DNA of 63,103 nt, counting the filler, from Octopus bimaculoides (Eukaryota), in the NCBI RefSeq assembly GCF_001194135.2. It is 6 parts of 6 records of this genome, joined end to end, with 100 filler letters (N's around TTAATTAATTAA, not from the genome) between each part and the next. Parts side by side here need not be neighbours in the genome. Positions count along the whole stretch, not along the records: positions 50,382 to 59,035 come from NC_068982.1; positions 59,136 to 61,038 come from NW_026337675.1; positions 61,139 to 63,103 come from NW_026421650.1; 3 more parts are not named here. One strand, 5' to 3'. The number at the start of each line of letters is the position of its first letter. The first letter of the stretch is position 1. Position numbers and translations under genes: made by a program. Under the pieces are notes generated by a model. It was not told where the DNA came from. It was given only the letters and a program-made list of their open reading frames with translations, and did no database searches. Shown one piece after another: positions 52,614 through 63,103 of the stretch.

Positions 52614-52924
52614 AATCCTGTTATAAATACCCTCAGAAATATTTTGTCTTAAATTACTTTAATAATTTATATAATTACTACAAATGAATTGTGCTTTTAA
52701 GCAGTAACTTTTTCTATTGTCTATTGCAGTTTTAGGTGTAGGCATAGGGATGAAAGAATATGGCTATCCTGATGGCTGAGAGTTCGAATCTCTGAAACAC
52801 AACCACCACTTCTTGCAAAACCCTAGAACAGTCCGCGACCACTCTTTAATGTCGTCGCTCCAAATTTTACTTTGGCGTCCGTCCGTTTCTTTGTTTGTAT
52901 CAATGTCTGTGTCTGTACACCTAT

Positions 52925-52994
<70 letters not shown>

Positions 52995-53638
52995 GTGTGT
53001 GTGTATAGAATATGCACATCAAAATGCACAAGAAAATACAAGTGTTAATACCAATATAATATGAATTTTGCATCAAACGCATACGTTTCTGATAATTTCA
53101 CCTCATCAGTGAGGAATTGTAATGTATCATTTCTGTATACATGCATGTCTATCGATTTATGGATGGTAACAACGTGTGGTTAAATGTTTTGTATTAAGAA
53201 TTATTATTCCCGTCGACAAATTAATCTTACGGACAATGATTAAGGAGATAGCATTAAGCACTCAGTTTCAAATAGCACAACTTGTACAATACGCAGACGC
53301 GTTCTCTACTAGCGAGGTCTAGGCGTTTAATAAAGAAAATTCTCAGTATATCTTTCCATATATAAATGTGTTATAACAGCATCGATTTATCAATACAAAA
53401 AAAAAGCAGTGCAAAGGCCAGTTAAGATGGAACAGCACGGGAATTTCCAAATTTCTCTTTCTCACTGATAAAGATGCAAGAAATATCAGAAACACGTGTG
53501 TCTAGGGTAAAACTGGTATTATTTTAATATTAAGATTATATTAGTGCATGCTTTCATGCATGAAACAGTCTGTTATTATAACGTGAAGAGATATATGTGT
53601 ATGTGTACGCATACCTACATACATATATACACACCACC

Positions 53639-53670
<32 letters not shown>

Positions 53671-54029
53671 TCTATATATATACACATATATACATATATG
53701 CATATAAATAAATATATGTATATGAGTATGTATATATGTACGTATATGTGTGTATGTATTTATGTATGTATGTATGTATGTAGTGTTTGTCTATGCATAC
53801 ACACACACATATATATACATATACATATATATATCGCTTGTAAAAAAAGATGTATATAAATGCGTAATATAGGCAGAAACACAAATATTTATGACATATA
53901 TATTGTTTAATATCTTGGTGTATGAATGTGTGTGATGTGTGTGTTGTGGGTGTGTAAATATGCAAAGAGGAATGACAAAGAAGGACATATACAGCTTCAA
54001 ATATTTTTCTTTCTTTCATTCTTATATAC

Positions 54030-54072
<43 letters not shown>

Positions 54073-54815
54073 CATATACATATATANNNNNNNNNNNNNN
54101 NNNNNNNNNNNNNNNNNNNNNNNNNNNNNNNNNNNNNNNNNNNNNNNNNNNNNNNNNNNNNNNNNNNNNNNNNNNNNNNNNNNNNNNNNNNNNNNNNNNN
54201 NNNNNNNNNNNNNNNNNNNNNNNNNNNNNNNNNNNNNNNNNNNNNNNNNNNNNNNNNNNNNNNNNNNNNNNNNNNNNNNNNNNNNNNNNNNNNNNNNNNN
54301 NNNNNNNNNNNNNNNNNNNNNNNNNNNNNNNNNNNNNNNNNNNNNNNNNNNNNNNNNNNNNNNNNNNNNNNNNNNNNNNNNNNNNNNNNNNNNNNNNNNN
54401 NNNNNNNNNNNNNNNNNNNNNNNNNNNNNNNNNNNNNNNNNNNNNNNNNNNNNNNNNNNNNNNNNNNNNNNNNNNNNNNNNNNNNNNNNNNNNNNNNNNN
54501 NNNNNNNNNNNNNNNNNNNNNNNNNNNNNNNNNNNNNNNNNNNNNNNNNNNNNNNNNNNNNNNNNNNNNNNNNNNNNNNNNNNNNNNNNNNNNNNNNNNN
54601 NNNNNNNNNNNNNNNNNNNNNNNNNNNNNNNNNNNNNNNNNNNNNNNNNNNNNNNNNNNNNNNNNNNNNNNNNNNNNNNNNNNNNNNNNNNNNNNNNNNN
54701 NNNNNNNNNNNNNNNNNNNNNNNNNNNNNNNNNNNNNNNNNNNNNNNNNNNNNNNNNNNNNNNNNNNNNNNNNNNNNNNNNNNNNNNNNNNNNNNNNNNN
54801 NNNNNNNNNNNNNNN

Positions 54816-54842
54816 GATGATGACGACGACGACGACGACGAC

Positions 54843-54878
<36 letters not shown>

Positions 54879-54976
54879 AAAGAAGAAGAAGAAGAAGAAG
54901 AAGAAGAAGAAGAAGAAGAAGAAGAAGAAGAAGAAGAAGAAGAAGAAGAAGAAGAAGAAGAAGAAGAAGAAGAAGA
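54816..54976. repeat. Compound (GAC)(GAT)(AAG)n microsatellite
   Basis: Seen directly; source of the poly-K/F/S/L ORFs. Confidence 0.95.
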
Positions 54977-55302
54977 TTGTGGAGGGAATGGTGTGAATAA
55001 GAGGAAGACGACGAACAAGTACAAGAGCAGAAGAACGAGAAAAATTTAGAACAAAATCCACGAATGAATGAATGAATGAAAAAAGGAAGAAAAGTGAATG
55101 TAAAAAGAAAAAAAGAACACAGCAACAAAAGACACGAAAATGAAAATAAAAGAGGTGGGAAGGGGAGAGAGAAAATAAATGTAAGAGGTATAGGGTGAGG
55201 GAAAGGAATAAGGAGAGGGGGGAAGAGATGATGAAGAACTGGACGATGGTAAAACGATCTCTTTGAGAGTACACACACACACACACACACATATACATAC
55301 GC

Positions 55303-55337
<35 letters not shown>

Positions 55338-55879
55338 CAGATATATATACATATATATATATATATATACAGATATATATATACATATATATATATACAA
55401 ATAATATACATACATGTGTGTGTGTGTGTGTGTGTGTGTATGCATCTATGAATGTATGCATTCGTATATATACATATAAGCTTGTGTATGTATGTATGTA
55501 TGTACACACGCGCGTAAACACGTGTGTGTGTGTACGCGTGTGTGTAATGGCATTGTGTTCGGTTACCATGACTTAGATTTTGGTACAGTACGGCTGACAT
55601 GTCTGAGAGTCTGTGAGAAGCGACCGCCTACCAATGTCAACTTCCATAAACCAATTGAAAAAGCGTTACGAAGAAAAGCAAACTTTGATTCCACCAGAAT
55701 GGTTCGCCTCACAGAAAACCTGCCGTTTCAGCATTTTTTGAGGGTTTTTTAAATTTTTCTTTTCATTTTTTTATGCTGTAATTTTTTTTTCCTTATCGAA
55801 ATTATTGTACACATCACACATTGTAATTGTGTATATATGTGTGTGTGTATTTGTGTGCGTGTGTGTATGTATTTTATCT

Positions 55880-55998
55880 GTCTTTTAGCATTTATTTGTT
55901 TCAGCCTGTGGACTACGGCTATGCTAGGGCACCGCCTTCAAGGGGTTTTAATCGAGCAAATTGTCCACATTAATATACATACATATATACAAACATAC

Positions 55999-56046
<48 letters not shown>

Positions 56047-56305
56047 TTACATATCTATGTATGTATATGTATATGTATATGTATGTATGTATATGTATAT
56101 ATATGTATATGTATGTATATATATATATATGTATGTGTGTGTATGTATGTATGTGTGTATGTATGTATGTATGTATGTATGTATGTATTCCAAGTCTGGC
56201 ATGGCACTTCGGTTCTGTCGATTTCTTTTGTCGGAACTGCTAAGTTATGAGGACGTAAACAACCAACATCGGTTCTTAAGCAGTGTTGGGAACAGGAGAA
56301 ACACA

Positions 56306-56352
<47 letters not shown>

Positions 56353-56580
56353 GCACACACACACANNNNNNNNNNCACACACGCACGCGCACGCACACAC
56401 ACACACACACACACATGTATATACACGACAGTCTTCGTTCAGTTTCCGTCAACCAGATCCTCTCACAAAGGTTTGGTTGACCAGGAGCCATTGTAGAAGA
56501 TACTTGCCCAATGTACCACGCAGTGGGGCTGAACGTGAAACCATGTGGTTGGGAAGCAAACTTCTTACCACACAGCCATA
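55880..56580 (-). mobile_element. SINE family B expanded by internal microsatellites
   Basis: tttcagcctgtggactacggctatgctag...aaccaacatcggtt...gtttccgtcaaccagatcc...ccatgtggttgggaagcaaacttcttaccacacagcc. Confidence 0.85.
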
Positions 56581-56594
56581 TCTGGGATTTTATA

Positions 56595-57020
56595 CGAGGT
56601 TTGATCAATAAGTATCCGGACTCTTGCCAAAGTAACGAAGCTAAAGCACACAGAATAAAGCCACTTAATACGGATTGACCTTGAACTCTACTGTGAATGC
56701 TCACTAAGTTTTTACGTTCCAGCTCCCTTCCGCTGTTTATAGCAGTTCTTGAAAGGAAGGTATGTAGCGTGTGAGCGCTACAGAGGCCTACGCAATGTGG
56801 CGGAAAGTGTATGGAGAGGAGTGTATGAGCCGCACACAAGCGTACAAGTGGTTCAGACGTTTCCAAGATGGCTGAAAAAATGTCGATATTGTCGAACGTT
56901 CTGGGAGACCCGCAACCAGCAGAACTGAGAAAAACATCGCAGATGTGCATGCAGCTGTGAGGGGCAATCGTCGAATTACCATCCGTGAGTTATCAGAGGA
57001 TATGCAGATTAGTTAGGGTA
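56595..57020 (+). mobile_element. Mariner 5' end: TIR plus N-terminal transposase fragment
   Basis: ta|cgaggtttgatcaataagtatccggact; peptide ATEAYAMWRKVYGEECMSRTQAYKWFRRFQDG*KNVDIVERSGRPATSRTEKNIADVHAAVRGNRRITIRELSED (HTH, GRPR-like motif) with a premature stop. Confidence 0.92.
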
Positions 57021-58129
57021 TATATATAAATTAGTCAAAGGACGTACTAAATATGTCTACCTGCTGGAAATAACAGTCAAAACTCTTATTTAAATCACCG
57101 AAAAAACATTGATAATAACTACATTACTGATTTTGTTATTATCATTTTTAATTGTTACACTAGATAATAACAGGGCCAATAATATCTTCGCAAATATTAT
57201 TTGCTCCATATTGAAATATATANNNNNNNNNNNNNNNNNNNNNNNNNNNNNNNNNNNNNNNNNNNNNNNNNNNNNNNNNNNNNNNNNNNNNNNNNNNNNN
57301 NNNNNNNNNNNNNNNNNNNNNNNNNNNNNNNNNNNNNNNNNNNNNNNNNNNNNNNNNNNNNNNNNNNNNNNNNNNNNNNNNNNNNNNNNNNNNNNNNNNN
57401 NNNNNNNNNNNNNNNNNNNNNNNNNNNNNNNNNNNNNNNNNNNNNNNNNNNNNNNNNNNNNNNNNNNNNNNNNNNNNNNNNNNNNNNNNNNNNNNNNNNN
57501 NNNNNNNNNNNNNNNNNNNNNNNNNNNNNNNNNNNNNNNNNNNNNNNNNNNNNNNNNNNNNNNNNNNNNNNNNNNNNNNNNNNNNNNNNNNNNNNNNNNN
57601 NNNNNNNNNNNNNNNNNNNNNNNNNNNNNNNNNNNNNNNNNNNNNNNNNNNNNNNNNNNNNNNNNNNNNNNNNNNNNNNNNNNNNNNNNNNNNNNNNNNN
57701 NNNNNNNNNNNNNNNNNNNNNNNNNNNNNNNNNNNNNNNNNNNNNNNNNNNNNNNNNNNNNNNNNNNNNNNNNNNATGGACGCATGCGCATACGTATATG
57801 TATATATATATATATATAAATGTTGATACATAGAGACAGAGGGCACAGACAGACAGACAAACAGACAAACCGACAGAAAGATTTATACATACACACATGC
57901 ATATACAAGCATATGTATAGAGAGAGAGATAGAGAGAGACAGAGAGGGGGGAGAAGACGGACAGAAAGATTTATATATGCACACACCTGCACATTATCTG
58001 TATGGAATTCTAAATTGGGTCTGTGTTAGAAAATCGATGGCTTTTTTTTATGGAAAATATGGACAAAGGTTTCCATCATTTATCATTTTGGCAGACAAAA
58101 ATGCTTATCGACACTTTTTGTACTTTATG

Positions 58130-58230
58130 TTCCAAGTTCAATTCCGCCCAAGTCAACTTTGCTTTTCGCCCTTTCGAGATCGATGTAATAAGTACAAGCT
58201 GAACACTGCAATCAATGTAATCGACTAGAG
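58130..58230 (+). mobile_element. SINE family A, degenerate
   Basis: caagttcaattccgcccaagtcaactttgcttttcgccctttcgagatcgat. Confidence 0.65.
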
Positions 58231-58235
58231 TAATC

Positions 58236-58650
58236 CCTCGCAATATCGCAGTTCACCTATCACGCCCTCAGTAGATCGCGGTTCACCTATTGCGCACCCA
58301 GTACATCGTGGTTCACCCATCGCGCACTGAGAACATCGCAGTTCACCCATCGCGCACTCAGTACATCGCAGTTCACCCATCGCGCACTCAGTACATCGCG
58401 GTTCACCCATCGTGCACTCAGTACATCACGGTTCCCCTATCGCGCACTCAGTACATCGCGGTTCACCCATCACACCCTCAGTACATCGCGGTTTACCTAT
58501 CGCGCACTCAGTACATCGCAGTTCACTCATCACGCCCTCAGTACATCGCGTTTCCCCTATCGCGCACTCAGTACATCGCGGTTCACCCATCACGCCTTCA
58601 GTACATCGCGGTTCCCCTATCGCGCACTCAGAACATCGCGGTTCTCATTA
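58236..58650. repeat. 30-bp minisatellite, 13 full units plus one partial; consensus CGCGCACTCAGTACATCGCGGTTCACCCAT
   Basis: Units in exact 30-bp register from 58261 to 58650, no indels. Confidence 0.97.
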
Positions 58651-58824
58651 CTAAGGTATTTTTCGATGTTATTATTATTATTATTGTTGTTCTTTTTTCT
58701 TTTTTCTTCAAATTTTCTTCCATTTCTCGCCGAGTGCTTTCCATACACCTAGGGCAGAGAAGCTCATTGTATGCATTCCCAGTTTACACACGCAAATTCA
58801 CAGGTAAAAAATTAATAAATATTA

Positions 58825-59035
58825 TTATTATTATTGTTCAGTAGTTTTATTTTTATAACGTGCTTTCACTTCACTGCCGAGCGCAGCTCTGTGCGCCTTG
58901 GCTATGTGCTGTGGTTTGCTGTGGTGCTCTTATGGTTACTGTATTGAAAGTGTTTTGCGTAGGATGTGTGCAGTGCCCAGTAGTGCAATTTTCTGTATGT
59001 TATATATATTTGTAAGTCCTGGTGTTTTTGTTATG
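58825..59035 (-). mobile_element. RLE-type (R4/Dong-like) LINE 3' end with (TAA)n tail
   Basis: Minus strand ITKTPGLTNIYNIQKIALLGTAHILRKTLSIQ*, short 3' UTR, then AATAATAAT. Confidence 0.88.
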
Positions 59036-59079
59036 NNNNNNNNNNNNNNNNNNNNNNNNNNNNNNNNNNNNNNNNNNNN

Positions 59080-59091
59080 TTAATTAATTAA
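59080..59091. other. Artificial scaffold-join linker
   Basis: N44-TTAATTAATTAA-N44. Confidence 0.95.
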
Positions 59092-59135
59092 NNNNNNNNN
59101 NNNNNNNNNNNNNNNNNNNNNNNNNNNNNNNNNNN

Positions 59136-59179
<44 letters not shown>

Positions 59180-59188
59180 AAATCTCAC

Positions 59189-59397
59189 CCTCTCCCAAGT
59201 CATTAAATTTTATTTTTAAAATCTTCTGTTCTCTGTCAGTCATTTCATCCTGTTTCAATCGCTGACCCGAAGAGGCAGCAGGCGCGCGAGCCAGCCAGAG
59301 AAGGCAACCGGATTTCTATTCATAATTTCAAGCTATCATTTCCGCAAATTACAAATGAAGTGCATGAACGCCATATCTTTACAAGAATCATTCTTAC
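59189..59397. other. Unique island with a GC-rich core and exon-like signals on both strands; unverified
   Basis: Minus: ATG at 59243, MTDREQKILKIKFNDLGE, donor GAGG|gtgaga. Plus: acceptor ttctgttctctgtcag (59240) to donor |gtaaga (59398), two open frames. Confidence 0.3.
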
Positions 59398-59659
59398 GTA
59401 AGAAAATATTTCTATTATCCAAAAAAAAAACACATCCTAACAAAGTTTGAAATATTTCTGTTTTGTTTTTACTAACATTATACGTAATTAACTGTTTGTC
59501 TATCAGTTTTTATCTCAGTTGTGACTGTAGAACGTTCGATAAATCGATGGATTTATCGATAGACTGATTGATTGATCCATTCATTCATTAAAAGCTAGAC
59601 GGGCAGGAGGCAGGTCAGACATATATAGATAGATAAATACATAGACAGATAAATAAATG

Positions 59660-59694
<35 letters not shown>

Positions 59695-59799
59695 GGAGAG
59701 ATAGGGAAACAAAGTATTTATATTTCTTTATTTTTTATTTTTTATTTTTTGACAAATAAACACTCGTTAGAATAAGAACGGTAATAAACGAATCAAGAA

Positions 59800-59925
59800 C
59801 AAATATACAGTGCGTGTGTTTATTTGATAAAAACAATGACCGTCCCGAAATACCATATATACATAGACGGAAACCGAACGACGACCGTCGTATATATATA
59901 TATATATATATATATATGCGTGTAC

Positions 59926-59958
<33 letters not shown>

Positions 59959-60140
59959 TGTATTTGTGTATCTGTATTTGTCCTCCCAGCATCGCTTGAC
60001 AACCGATGCTGGTGTATTTACGTCCCCGTAACTTAGCGGTTCGGCAAAAAGACACCGATAGAATAAGTACTAGGCTTACAAAGAATAATTCCTGGTGCTC
60101 CAGCATGGCCGCAGTCAAATGACTGAAACAAGTGAAAGAA
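59800..60140 (+). mobile_element. SINE family B, 3' two-thirds
   Basis: catcgcttgacaaccgatgctggtgtatttacgtccccgtaacttagcggttcggc...ccagcatggccgcagtcaaatgactgaaacaag. Confidence 0.9.
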
Positions 60141-60141
60141 T

Positions 60142-60172
<31 letters not shown>

Positions 60173-60764
60173 GATGCGTATTTATATGTGTGTATATTCA
60201 TGTCTATGTATGTCTAAATATTTGTGTGTGTGTGTGTGTGTGTGTGTGTATGCGTTGCGCATGTGCTTGTGTATTGTATATATTAATGTATGTATGTATA
60301 CATATCTATATGTATATATATGTATATATATATGTGTATANNNNNNNNNNNNNNNNNNNNNNNNNNNNNNNNNNNNNNNNNNNNNNNNNNNNNNNNNNNN
60401 NNNNNNNNNNNNNNNNNNNNNNNNNNNNNNNNNNNNNNNNNNNNNNNNNNNNNNNNNNNNNNNNNNNNNNNNNNNNNNNNNNNNNNNNNNNNNNNNNNNN
60501 NNNNNNNNNNNNNNNNNNNNNNNNNNNNNNNNNNNNNNNNNNNNNNNNNNNNNNNNNNNNNNNNNNNNNNNNNNNNNNNNNNNNNNNNNNNNNNNNNNNN
60601 NNNNNNNNNNNNNNNNNNNNNNNNNNNNNNNNNNNNNNNNNNNNNNNNNNNNNNNNNNNNNNNNNNNNNTATGTATGTATGTATGTATGTATGTATGTAT
60701 GTGTATGTGAGTTGTGTGCGGGTGTGTGTGTGTGTGTGTGTGTGTGTGTATTTTTTTATTGCCC

Positions 60765-60960
60765 ACCGGGGGCTAAACATAGAGGGGACAAACAAGGACA
60801 GACAAAGGGATTAAGTCGACCCCCATCGACTCCAGTGCGTAACTGGTAATTATTTAATCGACCCCGAAAGGATGAAAGGCAAAGTCGACCTCGGCGGAAT
60901 TTGAACTCAGAACGTACCGCCGGACGAAATACCGCTAAGCATTTCGTCCGGCATGCTAAC
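60765..60960 (-). mobile_element. SINE family A, young
   Basis: gaggggacaaacaaggacagacaaa...gaccccgaaaggatgaaaggcaaagtcgacctcggcggaatttgaactcagaacg. Confidence 0.92.
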
Positions 60961-61082
60961 AATACAAACACACATACACAAATATTCGTTTACTAGTTTC
61001 AGTCATTTGACTGCGGTCATGCTGGAGCACCGCCTTTANNNNNNNNNNNNNNNNNNNNNNNNNNNNNNNNNNNNNNNNNNNN

Positions 61083-61094
61083 TTAATTAATTAA
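61083..61094. other. Artificial scaffold-join linker
   Basis: N44-TTAATTAATTAA-N44. Confidence 0.95.
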
Positions 61095-61138
61095 NNNNNN
61101 NNNNNNNNNNNNNNNNNNNNNNNNNNNNNNNNNNNNNN

Positions 61139-61177
<39 letters not shown>

Positions 61178-61469
61178 TAAAACAAATAATAAATGAGTAT
61201 ATGCATATATACGTACAAGTATGTGCATACCTACATCTACCTGTATATATAGGTGCATGCACACACACATATACATGCATATAAGTTTGTAATGGTTTTG
61301 CTTAGGCATGGCATTACCAATATCCAGTTGTTAGAACTCGATATACACATGCTTTGGAGTAAAGTGTCAGGTGAATATATATTCTGCATAATATTAATTA
61401 ACGATTGACAAGGGGACAGGTATCACATGATCAATTTTCCTTGTTGGTATGGGCATGCCGTTCACTGAT

Positions 61470-61541
<72 letters not shown>

Positions 61542-61589
61542 CTCCATGACTGGTTTGCTATTTTATGATCAAGTTATAGCTTTTTTAGG

Positions 61590-61720
61590 AGTAAAGCCCT
61601 CTTTATTTTCTGTAGGAAAAGCATGGTAGAAATTCAATAAGGCACATAAGAGGTGCAGCAATATCAGAGGAAGGTTGACTGGGAAAATAGATTTTGTGTG
61701 TTACAAGTACAATAAACACT
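61590..61720 (+). mobile_element. LINE (RTE-like) C-terminal Cys-rich segment, decayed
   Basis: Frameshifted CRK..GRNSI and HKRCSNIRGRLTGKIDFVC match the C..C.KGVG.NSI / HKRCS...GRL....F.C motif of some RTE-clade LINEs. Confidence 0.55.
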
Positions 61721-62074
61721 AAAAATGTACTGAAAAACTCCATCAAATGCCAGGTGGGTAAGCTGCTATCTAGGTGACCAAGTCAGTAGCCAGGGTGAAT
61801 AGCACACCCACAAAAGTTGGATCTTCTCCATTTTGAAGGGATTTTTCAAATTTTTTTCCATGACAATCATTCAAATGATGGGGGGTGCTGTATGGAAAAC
61901 ATTTTTGAAAATTTATGAATTTTTGCATATCCCTTTCCCCAATCCTATCGATTTTGGCCCTTTTTTTTTAACATGACGAACTTAAAAATGATAGGTGAAG
62001 CCTTGAAGGTTTAAAAAGAGAAAAAGGGCAATCACCATCACCATCACAATTGCAGAAATTGTCTGACAGCCATT

Positions 62075-62485
62075 ACTGGGTTCTCCTACTTGCGTGGCAT
62101 GTTGCAGAGTCCTGTTGTTGGACATAGGGTCTTCCAGCAGCCACCCTCTTGACCTAGGACAACACTACCTCCTCCAGGCTCTAGGCACTTGATGTAGGTT
62201 TCCATGTTGAGTGTGAGACCGTGTGGGGAGATGAATGGAGGCATAATACTGCCATCACTAGTGATCACTCCAAACACCACGATGTTGAGTGAATGTTTGA
62301 TTTTTATCACTCTCAGTACATGTCCTCAGATTGCACTGTCCTCAAATTGACACCCAAATTCTCTGAAATGTTTGTATTGGAGTTTCTGGCACGAATGTCA
62401 AACAGTACAGCATGTCGTTTCCAAATTTCTGGGAGAATGAATTGCGTCATGGTGCTGTTTTTCTCACAAATGGTGCCCGACTGAC
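62075..62485 (-). mobile_element. Tc1/mariner-superfamily transposase remnant, internally deleted
   Basis: IKHSLNIVVFGVITSDGSIMPPFISPHGLTLNMETYIKCLE and downstream W.QD.A..H-like remnant; N-terminal WKRHAVLFDIRARNSNTNISENLGVNLRTVQ lies directly upstream. Confidence 0.85.
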
Positions 62486-62554
62486 CCTACCATACTGTGC
62501 AGTCGACAAAATCAAAAACAGCCAATGTGCATGCAGAAAATTAAAAATATAAAA

Positions 62555-62635
62555 TGGTGACAATTTATCCATCGTACAGTGGGACTGAACCCGGAACCAT
62601 GTGGTTGGTAAGCAAGCTACTTGCCACACAGCCAT
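62555..62635 (-). mobile_element. SINE family B head
   Basis: cagtgggactgaacccggaaccatgtggttggtaagcaagctacttgccacacagcc. Confidence 0.85.
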
Positions 62636-62924
62636 ATATAAAGAAATGCACAAAGAGAAAGAAACAAGAATACACACATGTGTGTGTTCACGCACACATG
62701 TATACACATGCAAACACACACACACAAACACTCACATATATACTCACAAAAACTATCGTATACTAGATGTTTTATAAAAATACTCATAGATTTAGTTTCA
62801 TTGTGAAGATATATAACCTGCAGTTAAACAAAATGTTCTCTGACAACCAGATGAGAGACGATGAAAACAGTTAGTTTTGTTCTCTGTTACTGCCTCATCA
62901 GAGATCGTTAACCTCTTGTTTCAG

Positions 62925-62933
62925 CTGTTGAAC
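62925..62933 (+). other. Candidate 9-nt microexon CTGTTGAAC; unverified
   Basis: cgttaacctcttgtttcag|CTGTTGAAC|gtaaga; branch-like TTAAC and an upstream TGC. Confidence 0.2.
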
Positions 62934-63103
62934 GTAAGAAACTTATAAGTTTTAACAGAGATTCTAAATAAATTATAACAAACTCAACTGAAATTACATA
63001 AACTTGAAAAGCTGACAGCAGGGAATTTATAACTATAATGAAAAATGCATTGTGGTTATGAATAAATATATGTAATATACGTTTAGGAAGTATATATATA
63101 TAT

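Noticed and set aside
58236-58650. CRISPR-like array
   Set aside because: Units are contiguous with no unique spacers, there are no cas genes, and the context is eukaryotic.
61615-61760. Plus acceptor/donor pair as a host exon
   Set aside because: Stops in all frames; the sequence is better explained as LINE debris.
38-63103. Long ORFs rich in X, CV, YI, HT, poly-I/L/S/M/K
   Set aside because: Translations of N gaps and di- or trinucleotide repeats; no domain signal.

Overview
AT-rich, microsatellite-dense eukaryotic DNA from a draft assembly. About 6.5 kb is N, and most gaps are bordered by simple repeats, chiefly (TA)n. The SINE, mariner and LINE content and the mix of (TA)n, (CA)n, (AAT)n and (GAT)n repeats resemble an octopus genome, possibly the O. 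bimaculoides draft; this is inference from pattern recognition, not a search result. I found no protein-coding host gene I can name. Most ORFs in the track are microsatellite or N-gap artefacts. The only recognisable peptides are decayed transposon proteins: four Tc1/mariner transposase fragments, three RLE-type (R4/Dong-like) LINE 3' ends and two RTE-like LINE fragments. There are many copies of at least three tRNA-related SINE families, one MITE, a 30-bp minisatellite, and five artificial N44-TTAATTAATTAA-N44 joins. Best lead: a 279-bp element at 32849-33127 with a tRNA-like head, a mutated Penelope-type minimal hammerhead ribozyme, a central 12-bp perfect palindrome and perfect 19-bp terminal inverted repeats. 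Other leads: a locally repeated 117-bp TATA/Inr-like module, a GC-rich structured island near 48 kb, and several unverified exon and microexon candidates.
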